The notes: generated by a model from the letters alone, not told the origin. A DNA stretch of 64,000 nt from Octopus vulgaris (GCA_951406725.2 OX597815.1:171492001-171556000), one strand, 5' to 3'. Counted from the first letter of the stretch, positions 1-13,088 are shown. A program made the numbers and translations.

Positions 1-397
1 GAAAGCGGCGAGCTGGCAGAAACGTTAGCACGCCGGGCGAAATGCTTAGCGATATTTCGTCTGCCGTTACGTTCTGAGTTCAAATTCCGCCGAGGTCGAC
101 TTTGCCTTTCATCCTTTCGGGTTCGATTAAATAAGTACCAGTTACGCACTGGGGTCCATATAATCGACTTAATTCGTTTGTCTGTCCTTGTTTGTCCCCT
201 CTGTGTTTAGCCCCTTGTGGGTAGTAAAGAAATAGAAATAGGTATTTCATCTGCCGTTACGTTCTGAGTTCAAATTCCGTCGAGGTCGACTTTGCCTTTC
301 ACCCTTTCGGGATCGGTTAAATAAATACCAGTTTCGATCTAATCGACTGTCTCCCTCCCCAAAAATGTCGGGCCTTGTGTCTAGAGTAGAAAAGAAT
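1..397 (+). mobile_element. SINE family A (tRNA-like head, gcctttcatcctttcggggtcgataaa core), dimer with 5'-truncated second unit
   Basis: Head ggcggcgagctggcagaaacgttagc, B-box gagttcaaattcc; the unit restarts at ggtatttc (241) and ends in an alternative tail; more than 10 similar copies in the window. Confidence 0.9.
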
Positions 398-496
398 GAG
401 CAGTTGCATATGCAACAGGGCATAATTTTCTGTGCTGCTTCGTTCGCCCGATTGCACACACTACTGCTCATATTCTGTACAGAGAGAGAGAAAGAG

Positions 497-532
<36 letters not shown>

Positions 533-820
533 TGTGTGTGTGTGAAAGAGAGTGAGGAGAAGCAATTATGCGGATAAACAAATTAGATAATCAAATATAT
601 TAAATATAACTGTTTAGGTACGAGACCCAAACTATTATATTTAGTATATTTAACGTATCTAATCTGCTTATCTGCATAATTCCCTCTGTACCCGCCCAAA
701 TGCATTCTCCTTATAGTTTTTCTTTACTTAGTGGAATCGACCCCCACCCCGCTATAATGACATCTTTTGTGCACTATTTAATGTTCTCTATACGCAGAAT
801 CTCTGGATCTCATCTGTGGA

Positions 821-877
<57 letters not shown>

Positions 878-1067
878 ACGGGCTTCCACACGGTTTCCGT
901 TTAAAAAATACACTCACATGGCTCTGGCTGGATCTGGGATACAGTAGTAGACACTTCGCTGAGGTTGCAAAGTAAGTCTCTTATCTACACAGCCTTAATT
1001 GCGGCCATGTATATATGTGTGTGTGTGTATGTGTGTATAAACGCACGCACACACACACACATATATA

Positions 1068-1229
1068 TTCTCTTTTACTCTTTTATTCTTTTATTTGTTT
1101 CAGTCATTTGCTTGAGGGCCGCCTTTAGTCGAATAAATCGACCCAGAACTTATTCTTTATAAGCCTTGTACTTATTCTATCGGTTGTCAAGCGGCGGTTG
1201 GGGGACAAACACAGAGACACAAACATATA

Positions 1230-1262
<33 letters not shown>

Positions 1263-1385
1263 GACGGGCTTCTTTCAGTTTCCGCACACCAAATCCACTC
1301 ATAAGGCTTTGGTCGGCCCGAAGCTATAGCAGAAGATATTTGCCCTAGGTGCCACGCAATGGGTCTGAACACAGAACTATGTTGC
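1068..1385 (-). mobile_element. SINE family B (tRNA head, CORE-like body, internal (TA)n), partly deleted
   Basis: Matches the full copies at 52857-53278 and 56752-57168. Confidence 0.85.
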
Positions 1386-2013
1386 TGGTAATTTTGAGGA
1401 AAAGGCAAGTCGACTACATCAAACAGTTCAAATGAGTTATCGGTGATATGAAAAGCTCAAGTGTGAAACTTAACTACATTTGTCAGAGGGATTAATTACA
1501 AAGCTACGAAAGACGCCCTGTAAAATAAAACCAAGCATAATATCATATAACATTGTAAACTTGATTATTATGTACATGATATACACCAGTGTTTAAAATG
1601 TAATTATCATTAAGAGGATAGCTAATATCAACACGTAGTTACTAGGACACAGCTACCGCACAGGGTACCATCTACTGACGGGAATCGATTCAAAACTTTT
1701 AAGAAAGTAATAAGCAATCCACTGACACGCTACACTCTTCAAGTGATCCACCAACAGAATGAGCGTCACTGCTAAGCGTGACCAGATTGTAATTCTAAAT
1801 GACATTCCGAATCCTTATGAAAAGCTTCCAGAGATTACCGTCACTTCTGCTTCATTTACAAGGAATTGGTATGAGTCGAACAAAAGAATAGACATTTTGT
1901 CAAGGTGAGGTATTTAAGAGGATAGAACGACGGACCCTATATTTATATTTCTGTGTGTGTATATATATGCATGGGTGTGGGTGGGTGTAAATATATATAC
2001 ATAGATATATATG

Positions 2014-2045
<32 letters not shown>

Positions 2046-2046
<1 letters not shown>

Positions 2047-2168
2047 CACCGTGATCACCGTGACCGACCAGGGTATCAGATGTTGCTACCCATCGCTGGT
2101 CACAATGCGCTTCGCATTGTTTTTAGCCTTCAAATGACGCCACCCCGCTAGCTAAGCGAGCAGGCCAA
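2046..2168 (-). mobile_element. Isolated tail (T1) of SINE group C inside a (TA)n tract
   Basis: caccgtgaccgaccagg...gctaagcgagcaggccaa matches the tail of 57815-58122. Confidence 0.85.
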
Positions 2169-2314
2169 TATATATATATACAAATATATATATACATATA
2201 AATATATAACTATATATATATATATATATATATAAGTACATATACATATAAATATATATATATAATATATATACATATAAATATAAAGATATATATATAC
2301 ATATAAATATATAG

Positions 2315-2661
2315 ATTCAGATGAATTAGGTACTTAAGATGAGGCACCAGAATTTAGTATGGTATTATCCATACAATTTCAAAATAAGGTGATTAAAATC
2401 AAAATAAGCAACAAGGATACCCAGAGGTTATGCAGTACGATCGTTTCAAGTAACTTCATTTAATTGGACAATGCAATCGTTACATCAATTTAAATGCAGA
2501 GCAATTGTCAGCTGCATAAAGACATAGAATTAAATTAAATTAAAACAGATGGACACATTCATATAATTTTACCTAAAACCTCCAAGAAGGTAAGGAGACA
2601 GACAAAGAACATGCTGTCTTCACTTCAGCTTAGAAGCTACTAAGTTATCAGGTATACTAGA

Positions 2662-2663
<2 letters not shown>
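2315..2663 (-). mobile_element. PLE pseudo-LTR-like repeat with hammerhead motif (copy 1)
   Basis: Homologous to 4337-4606; flanked by (TA)n on both sides; carries the HHR at 2428-2519. Confidence 0.65.
2428..2519 (-). ncRNA. Hammerhead ribozyme motif with long stem II (core mutated to CUGACAA)
   Basis: Minus strand UAUGCAG-CUGACAA...GAAAC-GAUC-GUA^CUGCAUA; 7-8 bp stem I, palindromic loop III. Confidence 0.6.
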
Positions 2664-2696
<33 letters not shown>

Positions 2697-2697
<1 letters not shown>

Positions 2698-2960
2698 GTT
2701 TTTCAGAATGAGATAAAAAAAACCAAGGCTGTGAAGATTTAGAACATTTAAATAGGTCTTACAGCTGTTTCCAGGATATATATTATATCTCTTCATCGGA
2801 GACGGTGTGAGAAAATGGATAAGCAATAGTTAATTTAGATAAGATACGAAATAGAGAGTGAAGTGGAAGAATAAAAATAGATGTGAGATATGCAGGGATA
2901 TTGCATCTGTAGATCCATTATTTAGGTAGAGTGGTATACATATAAGATTCCAATACCTTG
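2697..2960 (-). mobile_element. PLE pseudo-LTR-like repeat, second family
   Basis: Inverted homolog of about 7520-7757; abuts (TA)n; carries the HHR at 2756-2803. Confidence 0.65.
2756..2803 (-). ncRNA. Minimal type I hammerhead ribozyme
   Basis: Minus strand GUCU-CCGAUGA-agagauau..auauccug-GAAAC-AGCU-GUA^AGAC; stem I GUCU/AGAC, palindromic loop III. Confidence 0.7.
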
Positions 2961-3107
2961 TGAGTAAATTCCAATAGTATTTAAAATTGGTCATTGTAAA
3001 TTCCAATAGTATTTAAAGTTGGGCATTCCAAGTATAGAGTTTGTACAAAGTGCTATTCAATTGAGGGTTTTATTTAAAGTGACATGCTATCTTTCCAAAG
3101 TATAAAG

Positions 3108-3866
3108 AACTGGAAGAGGTATTTAGATAATTGCTTTATACTTTGGAAAGATAGCATGGACAAACTCCTCGATCGCAAAATAATGCTCAACAATATCAAT
3201 AGCAACATACAATTCACCATGGAATAGAGCAATAAAAAACTTCCATTTCTTGATATCCTAATTAAAATAATCAATAACCACATCGAAACAGACATTTTCT
3301 ATAAACCCACAGATTCAAAACAATACTTATTATTCAACTCATGCCACACATAAAAATTGATGTACCTTATAATCTAGCGAAAAGAATCTGTACCATTTTT
3401 TCGGACACCAATACTCATGAACGAAGACTCCTTGAACTCAGATCAATATTAATCAAGTGACATTATCCAACATCATTAATAAATGATGGGATTAAATGAG
3501 CAAAGCAATTAGACATATGAACATTAAGCCATGTCAACCGAAATACTACACCAGACTTAAAAATACTCCCATACATCTCCACACACAACCTTAGAAACAA
3601 TGAGGCCTTCAAGATCATCATCCAAAATCTACCCATTCTCAAAACAATGAACAAAATTTTAGGCTCACATAAAATTATCAGGAGCAAAATGCAACCGAAA
3701 TCATTGAAAAAATAAAAACCAGCGCAATACAATATGCATTAACAACGGAACCAAAAGTGAAAAAATGCGGGTGACCTAGCTGTGGTATGTGCCCCCACCT
3801 TTTGGAGGGTACAGAGTTCCACTTCAAACAAGGTGAAATATTTCAGATAAAATCAAATTTCACCTG
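3108..3866 (+). pseudogene. Penelope-like element (Neptune-type) RT C-terminus, thumb and Cys linker, decayed
   Basis: My translation: WKRYLDNCFILW...NIQFTME*SNKKLPFLDILI...IETDIFYKPTDSKQYLLFNSCH, then PYNLAKRICTI and CG*PSCGMCPHL...FQIKSNFTC; contains stops and frameshifts. Confidence 0.9.
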
Positions 3867-3877
3867 TTTTTATCTTG

Positions 3878-3959
3878 GGCCTGAAGAGTGGGTATATTTA
3901 AATTGAATTGATTTTACTGTTATCAGTTTTTTAAATATAGCCACGAAACACGTGTAGTT
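3878..3959 (+). ncRNA. Hammerhead ribozyme in the PLE 3' pseudo-LTR
   Basis: GGC-CUGAAGA-gugg(g)uauauuuaaa...uuuaaauaua(g)ccac-GAAAC-ACGU-GUA^GUU; intact core, long stem II. Confidence 0.75.
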
Positions 3960-4274
3960 ATTTTACCAATTATATACTTTTTATTTATTATTTTGTACAT
4001 TACTTAATCATTAGTATATGTTTTTACCTTATATTTAATTTTTTTCCATGTGGTATGATTTATTTATTTCATTGTTGAATTGATAAAAGGTGTTTTTTTT
4101 CTAATTTATATACATATATTATATTTTATGACATTTGATTTAGTATTACTAAATTGAATTTTTCCCTGTAAGTTTGGAATAATATTCCCTAACATAATTA
4201 TTATATATCAATATGTTTATATGTAGATGTGTGTGGGGTGTATAAATATATAAATATATATATAAATATATATT

Positions 4275-4326
<52 letters not shown>

Positions 4327-4336
4327 AACATATATA

Positions 4337-4606
4337 TCAAAATATGCAACAAGGATATCCAGAGGTAATGTTGTACGATCGTTTCATGTAACTCCATTTA
4401 ATTGAATAATGCACTCATTGCATCAATTTAAAATGCAAAGCAATCTTCAGCTGCACAAAGACATAGAATTTAATTAGATTAGAACAGATGGACACATTAG
4501 TATACCTAAAATCTCCAAGAAGTTAAGGAGATATACAAAGAACATGGTGTCTCACTCAAGTTTAGAAGTTACTGAATTTTCTTGGAAAATTCAGTAACTT
4601 CTAAAC
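4337..4606 (-). mobile_element. PLE pseudo-LTR-like repeat (copy 2) with HHR at 4368-4456 and terminal snap-back hairpin
   Basis: Homolog of 2400-2650; CUGAAGA intact (tcttcag at 4444-4450); GAAAC-GAUC-GUA; perfect hairpin at 4560-4606. Confidence 0.65.
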
Positions 4607-4888
4607 TGGCACTCTGGAAAACTTTTTCAAGGAATACCAGATAAGCCACCCATACCTATTTCTTTACTACCCACAAGGGGCTAAACACAGAGAGGACAAA
4701 CAAGGACAGACAACGGATTAAGTCGATTATATCGACCCCATACCTGAATACAACTCACTCACAAGAACTCACTATTTGAATGGACCATAATACCATAAAA
4801 CTTGACTTAAAAAGGATTTAGATTATCCTATCAGGTGGTGCTATTTAGCTCGACATGGTCTGGACCAGTCTTTGGTCGAAACATATCT

Positions 4889-4950
<62 letters not shown>

Positions 4951-4951
<1 letters not shown>

Positions 4952-5245
4952 GTGTATTGATATATTTACATATATATAAATATATTTATGTATATATATG
5001 TATTGATAATTGAAAAATTTGGAGTTAACAAAAAGGAGTACGGTTGTGATTAAAAATAAATGTCCAAACAAATGTTGACTCTATAAAGTTTTATATATGT
5101 GTATTGATATATTTACATATATATAGATAAATATATTTATGTATATATATATGTATTGATAATTGAAAAATTTGGAGTTAACAAAAAGGAGTACGGTTGT
5201 GATTAAAAATAAATGTCCAAACAAATGTTGACTCTATAAAGTTTT
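4951..5245. repeat. Near-perfect tandem duplication of a unit of about 145 bp
   Basis: tgtgtattgatatatttac...gactctataaagtttt occurs at about 4951-5092 and 5098-5245. Confidence 0.9.
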
Positions 5246-5399
5246 TTAATTATCTATTCGCACAAGACAGAAGCCCAAACGCAAACCTGGAAATACGTAT
5301 TATACGACTATTGGATAGCACAGGGTGAAATCTGAAGGTGGACAAGCTTTATACACGCACGCGCATGCACACACGCACACGCGCGCGCGCATATATATT

Positions 5400-5430
<31 letters not shown>

Positions 5431-5646
5431 ATCAATAATATGTACGAAGAAAATCATATCTTTATCTTAGATTACACCTTAAGAATCCAACAATTGTTTC
5501 AATAGCATTATCATATACATACTAGTTTGATAAGTGCCAACTCACGAAACTTTAGGACCTTGAGTCACTCTATCGCCTCAGCTAAATATGAATAAAAATA
5601 TACATATACTCATATTTTGAGTGCTAATTTTTCCTGTTTGCATGAC

Positions 5647-5749
<103 letters not shown>

Positions 5750-6219
5750 GTTTATATAGAAGGGCAAGTCAAAAAGATATTGACTACAATACCTTCAACG
5801 CTCTGTAACCTAGGTTTGACCTTGATCGCTCAAGTTTACTTTGTTGTGCTGCAGAGTATAGACATGGCCGCTCCGCTGATACTAAAGAAGAACAGAGATC
5901 AATGATCCAATTTCTCTGGTCGGAGGGTGTGTCAGGGGCTGAAATTCATAGCAGGCTTTCTGTAAAATTCCGAGGCAGCAAACTACCGCGTTAAAGTATG
6001 TACGAATGGATCGAGAGATTTTAAAATGTTTAAAACACCGAGATAAATTTTCAAGTTAAGAGTTTTAGTTGCCCGACAATGCGTATAGTTACATATCTAG
6101 ACAGATGTGTGACAAAAGATTTCCAGACAGTGGACATTAGTAAAAATAAGAACAGTAATGAAGAAGGTATATAAAGTGCATGTATAATTGGTAAAAAAAA
6201 TACAACAATATATACATAT

Positions 6220-6287
<68 letters not shown>

Positions 6288-6292
<5 letters not shown>

Positions 6293-6475
6293 ATCCAAAC
6301 ATGAACAGAGAGGAAACACAACAACGCAAGGACGTGGAATAAGTATAGTGTTATTGGACACTCAGGAAAGGAAAGAAAAAAGGAGGATTTCACGTTTCGA
6401 GCGGAGCTCTTCGTCAGAAATATAGAAAAAAAGAGAAAAATCTTAAAGGAAGACGGAGAAAGAAAATTGCCATAT
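6288..6475 (-). mobile_element. Short PLE-like terminal repeat with minimal HHR at 6388-6421 (triplet mutated to GUG)
   Basis: Minus strand AUUU-CUGACGA-a-GAGC-ucc-GCUC-GAAAC-GUG-AAAU; abuts (TA)n. Confidence 0.65.
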
Positions 6476-6659
6476 GCATGTGTATACATGTATATTATAT
6501 TTTAATGAGTTATATCTATGACCCGAAGAGACACTTGCTTGGAATATCCCAGAAACAGCTGTAAGACACTATTATTTAACTTTGCTTACTTCGCTTCACC
6601 ATTAAACTAATTTAATTTAACTAAGCTTGTCCTGCCGTGATTATGTTTTCCTCTTCTTT

Positions 6660-6696
<37 letters not shown>

Positions 6697-6705
6697 ATGT
6701 GTGCG

Positions 6706-6970
6706 TGTGAGGCACGTGGCTTAGTGGTTAAGGCATTCGGCTCGTGATCGTAAGGTCGTGAGTTCACTACCTGGCGGCGCAACGTTTCCTTGAGAAAGGC
6801 ACCTTACTTCACAGGGTCAGCCTAATCACATTCTGTGTCACGCTGTATCTCCCTGAGAACTACATTAAGGGTTACGCGCTCAGCCACATGCATGCTAATT
6901 TCATCAGCAGGCTGTTCCGTTGATTGGATCAACGGGAAGACTCGTCGTTGTAACCGACAGGGTGCCAGTT
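6706..6970 (+). mobile_element. SINE group C, head H3 plus tail T3, diverged
   Basis: A-box tggcttagtgg, B-box gagttcact; tail gagaactac..gtcgttgtaaccgac. Confidence 0.8.
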
Positions 6971-7034
6971 AATCCTGTTGTTTACCTATACAACTATACG
7001 TGTGTATGTATGTGTTGTATATATCTTCTATCTC

Positions 7035-7421
7035 TTATCTTTAATTTGTTCCAGTCATTTGACTGCGGCCATGCTATGGCACAGCCTTGAAGTGTTTCAG
7101 TCGAATGAATTGACCCCACCAGGACTTTTTTAAGCCTAGTACTTATTCTATTGATCTATTTTGCCGAACCGCTAGTTTGCGGGGACATAAACACACCAAC
7201 ACCTGTTGTCAAGCGGTGGTAGGGGACAAACAGTCACAAAGGCATACACACACACACACACACACACACGTACACACGTATACAATATATGCAGGATAGG
7301 CTTCTTACAGTTTCCATCTACCAAATCTACTGACAAAGCTGTAGTAGACACTTGTCCTAGGTGCCACACAGTAGGACTGAACTATAAGGTCGGAAACTAA
7401 GCTTCTTAGCACACAGCCACG
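7035..7421 (-). mobile_element. SINE family B, diverged
   Basis: Homology to 56752-57168. Confidence 0.85.
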
Positions 7422-7451
7422 CGTATATATATATATATATATATATATATA

Positions 7452-7757
7452 AGAGACAATGGTGTAATTGAGACCCAAAGGTGTTAGGTAATGCTGAATA
7501 AGTGCTATAGACAGACCATAGTTAAGTTCCATATTCGGTAATACCCATACATATCTTACATCTATTTTCATTCCTCCACCTCACTCTCTATTTGTATCAC
7601 ATCGAAACTAACTATGACTTAATTTTTCCTCTCACACCGTCACCCATGAAGGGATATTATTAATTAATATCCTAGAAACAGCTGTAAGACCTTCTATCTA
7701 TAAATGCTGTAATATTTATACAGCCTTAGTTTTTTATCTTATTACGCAAAAAATTCT
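7452..7757 (+). mobile_element. PLE pseudo-LTR-like repeat with degenerate HHR at 7639-7690
   Basis: GUC(a)-CCCAUGA-agggauauu..aauauccua-GAAAC-AGCU-GUA^AGAC; homolog of 2697-2960; between (TA)n tracts. Confidence 0.65.
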
Positions 7758-7763
7758 TATGTA

Positions 7764-7818
<55 letters not shown>

Positions 7819-7855
7819 ATACATATATATATATACATATATATACATACATATA

Positions 7856-7896
<41 letters not shown>

Positions 7897-7924
7897 ATAC
7901 ATATATATACATACATATATATAC

Positions 7925-7961
<37 letters not shown>

Positions 7962-8527
7962 CATATATATACATACATATATATACATATATATATATAC
8001 ATATATATATCCCCGAGAACTACGTTAAGGGTACACGTGTCTGTGGAGTGCTCAGCCACTTACACGTTAATTTCACGAGCAGGCTGTTCCGTTGATTCGG
8101 ATCAACCGGAACCCTCGTCGTCGTAACCGACGGAGTGCTTCCACCATATATATATGTATATATATATATATGTATATATATATACATATATATATGGTGG
8201 AACAGCCAGCTCGTGAAATTAACGTGTAAGTGGCTGAGCACTCCACAGACACGTGTACCCTTAACGTAGTTCTCGGGGATGTTCAGCGTGGCACAGAGAG
8301 TGACAAGGCCGGTCCTTTGAAATACAGGTACAACAGAAACAGGAAGTAAGAGTGAGAGAAAGCTGTGGTGAAAGAGTACAGCAGGGATCACCACCATCCC
8401 CTGCCGGAGCCTCGTGGAGCTTTAGGTGTTTTCGCTCAATAAACACTCACAACGCCCGGTCTGGGAATCGAAACCGCGATCCTATGACCGCGAGTCCGCT
8501 GCCCTAACCACTGGGCCATTGCGCCTC

Positions 8528-8581
<54 letters not shown>

Positions 8582-8676
8582 TATATACATATATTTATAC
8601 ATATATATATACATATATATATATACATATATATATACATATATTTATACATATATATATATACATATATTTATAC

Positions 8677-8707
<31 letters not shown>

Positions 8708-8732
8708 GATATATACATACATACATATATAC

Positions 8733-8780
<48 letters not shown>

Positions 8781-8901
8781 ACATACATATATATATATAT
8801 ACATACATATATATATATACATACATATATATATATACATACATATATATATATACATACATATATATATATACATACATATATATATATACATACATAT
8901 A

Positions 8902-8994
<93 letters not shown>

Positions 8995-9710
8995 GCATAA
9001 ACACACAAACCCATACAAACACACACAAACTCACAAATATGTATGTATGTACGTATGTATGTTCCTACAATGAATCTTGGGATTTCATTGTTAAAATTTC
9101 CAGGAAAAACATTACTTCAGAAAACACCTATTATGTAAATAAACAGTCAACCTGCTTTAACCTCTCACAGTCAATTGTCCTAATACGTAGATGTATGGTG
9201 TGTATGTGTACGAGCATTTATATATGTATGGGTTTGTATTTCTACATTTATATACGTATGTGCGCACGCTTAAATAGAAATCAGAGATTGAATAGAAGTA
9301 TAAACTAGAAATTGGAGATTGAAACTTAGACATTAAGCGAGATCAGTTGAACAATTCGTCTCTTCAACCAGCTTTAGTCGTTGCAATACTTACGAAACTA
9401 GTACTTCAGCAAAATCAAACCGCAAATGAACAAATTCCAAAAAATTATTAGAAATGCATAATATTTAAGAGTTAATGAAAATTGATTATGTGTCAATGAA
9501 ACTTCAAACGGCACTGGAGATGCGAAAAACGAGGTTAATGAGGTAATATTTTGGAGACATGGTGGTTATATGTAATTGTCTCTTTATAGTACTTCATGGA
9601 CTACTTTACGGATAATTTCATGTGAGTGTGCGTAATATGAGTGTGCGTATATATATATACATACATGCATATATACATACACGTATATATACATGTGCAC
9701 GTACATACCA

Positions 9711-9764
<54 letters not shown>

Positions 9765-10019
9765 GTATATACGTTTTATGAATATGTATATATATATATA
9801 TATACATATATACATATATATATATTTTGATATGTATATATATATACACATATATATGTTATATATATATTTTTTTTGATATGTATATATACACATATAT
9901 ATGTTATATATATATATATATACATATATACACACATGCATATATATATATGTATATATATGTACATATATATATATTCATATATATACACACACATATA
10001 CATAATAAACACATACCCA

Positions 10020-10051
<32 letters not shown>

Positions 10052-10130
10052 GCATATACGTATCTTTATACATATATGTATACACACGCGCGCACTTATA
10101 TTTATATACATATACATATACATATGTATA
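7757..10130. repeat. Compound (TA)n/(TACA)n microsatellite fields (7757-8010, 8531-8990, 9650-10130)
   Basis: Direct reading; source of the YI/MY-rich pseudo-ORFs. Confidence 0.95.
8011..8530 (-). mobile_element. SINE group C (head H1 plus tail T3) at 8195-8530, with an inverted tail copy at 8011-8145
   Basis: Head revcomp gtggaggcgcaatggcccagtggttagggcagcggactcgcgg; tail duplicated in opposite orientation across (TA)n. Confidence 0.9.
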
Positions 10131-10804
10131 CAAATTGTATGGTAAGAAAATTAATTAAAACACAGCATTTAAAATGAAGTTAGCTGAAGGCATGAATGAA
10201 AACAAATAAGCCACAAAAACAAAACACACACACACAAACGCATCTACACTCTTTTATAAAGAAATACTTACACTGTAAAGAAATTATCGTCACTAGTACT
10301 CACTGGTATCGACATTTTGGTTTGTGCCTGAGGTGTAAATGTTATCCCAAGAGAAAAATATTTATTAATCAACACAATCAATATGTTTATACGTCCGTAG
10401 TCTTCATGACAAGTGTGTCACCTAGAAGGATATGAAGTGCTAAACTGAAAGTTATATAAATGGGAATTTTTAAGTGAGGACAAGTGTGAGGCCATTTGCT
10501 ATAAATATCGTAGGGAAAGCACAACACATGAATGTAAATGTTTTTGTCATATCGAAATGTTTTTGACAGTCATTGGAAAGTTATCAGAAAACAGTGATAA
10601 AATATCAACAATATCAACAACGGCAGTAAGTTCAGAGAAAAAGACTGCTCTAGTATAGTTATCAAACCTATGCTAATGCAGGTTTCATCTAAAAAATCGA
10701 GCCAATGAGATTCAAGATAAATTAGTGTTAATCACTCTACATTTTTTACGACTAATAGCTCTCTAAAAATAAGTGTTTTCAAATTTTGACTGAAGGGTCA
10801 GTGG

Positions 10805-10976
10805 GTAAGTCGATAAGATCGACTCCAGTGCTCAACTGGTACTAATTTATCAACCCCGAAAGTAGGAAAGACAAAGTCGACCTTGGCGGAATTTAAACTC
10901 AGTAAGTGAAGACGGACGAAATGTTGTTAAGCATTTTTGCCAACGTACTAACAGATTCTACAAGCTCGCTGCCTTA
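10805..10976 (-). mobile_element. SINE family A, diverged
   Basis: aaagtcgaccttggcggaattt...gctcgctgcctt. Confidence 0.8.
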
Positions 10977-12417
10977 GCTCTTAACGATAATAACAATTAT
11001 TTGTAGTTTCATAAACACAAGACCACAGACTATCCCACATACAAAGCATAGAAAAATATGCATCTCAAAAGCTAAAGTGCCTATCCAGGAGCTGAAAATA
11101 GTTCAGCTTTCAATTGCTGCTAACTTACCACATAATCTGAGTAAGACAACGAAATAGCGTCCTCACATTTGGGGCGGTGAACCAAAAAGGAACCAACCTA
11201 TTAAATGGTAAATATATATTCATTAACAAGCTACAACCTCTGGTCCATAGACGTCTCCTCGCTCTATAGAACGACCTCTCCGTTTCAGAATTCTTGTACG
11301 CTGTATTCCAATTTCCTAGGACAATATTAAGTATCATTCCAGACTTCTGTCGCCAGAATATTAACCTTCTGAAATTCCTTACCCACGCCATCCACGTTTT
11401 TCTTGCCGATATCTACTTAGAGGTATTCAAACACTATTTCGACCGTATCAGTCAGTCTCCGATGGCTTGTCAAGATGTAGGACACTATCTTATCCACCTG
11501 AATAAATATTTATGAATAAAGGTGTAAGTGAAAGGTAATTTGATTAAATCGAACCCAGTACTTGAGAAACATTTATTTTATATATTGCATATTTTGTGTC
11601 GAGTGGGGACCAGCATGTCAAAGAATAAAGTCAAAGTGTTCTCTGCGTATCGTAAAAGGCGACTTGGAGAGGTTGAGGTAGAATTTGCACTTTGATCTTA
11701 TAAAACCATCACCAGCAACAACTTCGCAAATAGATCCATGACTTGAAGGGTTGTCGCCTGAGTAGTGTAAAGATGTAATCCGCCAAAAGTAGGGAATCAC
11801 AAACAAATGGTGGATGCAGCAACACGTTGTTACAGCGCATGCTTCCATACTACTACTACTTGATTTTTAAGAAGTCGTGGAGTATCTAATGAGATTTGTA
11901 CGCAAAAAGGAAACAACCATAGCTCAAATATTTACAAGGCATTTATTCCATACGCATGATGGATAATCCTGAGTATGATACTTTCCTACATAGCTACTAT
12001 ATATGTGATGATTATGATAATTTCTTACATCGGTACTGTATATATATATATATATATAGCATGTTAAGGCTTGCCTACCAATACACATGAAGACTGCATA
12101 CGGTGGACTCTTCGGAAGAAACTTTCATGGCTCACTGCAGATGAAGGCGGCTGCAGCAATGCATTGCGGAGTTCAGGGAGTAAGATGAAGCAAACAAGAT
12201 ATCTTATTCATTCGCTGCATTGGTCTGCATCCCTAGCCTTCTTGATCTGGTTTTACCACTGGGTTAAAGATGATCAAGGACGAGAGAATGAGGTTGACTG
12301 TGCGCAACTCTTCTTCATTATAAACAAAGCAACCGCGCAAGCCATCAGTCATCCTTAACGGTGATCAGATGGTTTTTGCTGCTCCGACGGACAAACATGA
12401 CTGCACACACACACACA

Positions 12418-12460
<43 letters not shown>

Positions 12461-12589
12461 CGTGTACCTTTACTCCGTTTCTTTCTGATAAAAGTAATTA
12501 TACGTTGAACTTCCTGTAACGCTGAGGTGCTGTGACTTACCCGATGAACCCCTATCCATGATGACATCTCCGCACAACGGCATCTTGGT

Positions 12590-13060
12590 TTTCTGAGGAG
12601 TATGCGCACAGCTCATTACCAAATCAGTTTCCATATACTTCAAAGATGATTCTGGACTCAAATCTACAGTATCCGATTCTCCCTTTCACTAGTAGACGCT
12701 ACTCATTGGTCTACTGCCATGCCGAATATTAGGCACACTTCTTTTTCTCTCTTAAAGGTTACTATATCCGGCCTTCGGTGCTCTAACACCTTGTCTGTTT
12801 AGAAGTCATAGTCCGAGAAGATTTTTGCCTTCCCCTCTTCGTCCATTACATTTTGGTGTGTATTTTGGTACCAAGCAACCGTTACATCGTATCCATACTT
12901 CCGGCATAGTAGCCAGTGAGGTTTTGGGCTACCTTGTCGTGTCTGTGCTTGTACTCTTTCTGTGCAAGACTTTCACAAGCACTAACAATGTGAGTCACGC
13001 TTTCGACCCTCTTCCCACACATTCTGCAGAGGTTCGTTGCACTTGTATGATATATATCCC
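12590..13060 (-). pseudogene. Non-LTR retrotransposon 3' fragment, R4/Dong-like (CCHC knuckle plus restriction-like endonuclease)
   Basis: CRMCGKRVESVTHIVSACESLAQKEYKHRHDKVA, then after a frameshift HWLLCRKYG..WY..KIFSDYDF*TDKVLEHRRPDIV. Confidence 0.8.
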
Positions 13061-13088
13061 TTTTATTATCATCATCATCATTATTAAG

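Noticed and set aside
5485-5590. Hammerhead-like motif on the minus strand (CUGAGGC...GAAAC-AAUU-GUU)
   Set aside because: The core deviates from CUGANGA and no stem I forms; too weak to call
7726-10177. Long ORFs (up to 215 aa) rich in YI, MY, CV or HT, here and at 17-18, 29-30, 32 and 38 kb
   Set aside because: These are translations of stop-free microsatellites, open in several frames on both strands
11125-11848. Non-repetitive ORFs of 73-88 aa
   Set aside because: No recognisable domain or convincing splice context; possibly an old TE, but cannot be assigned by eye
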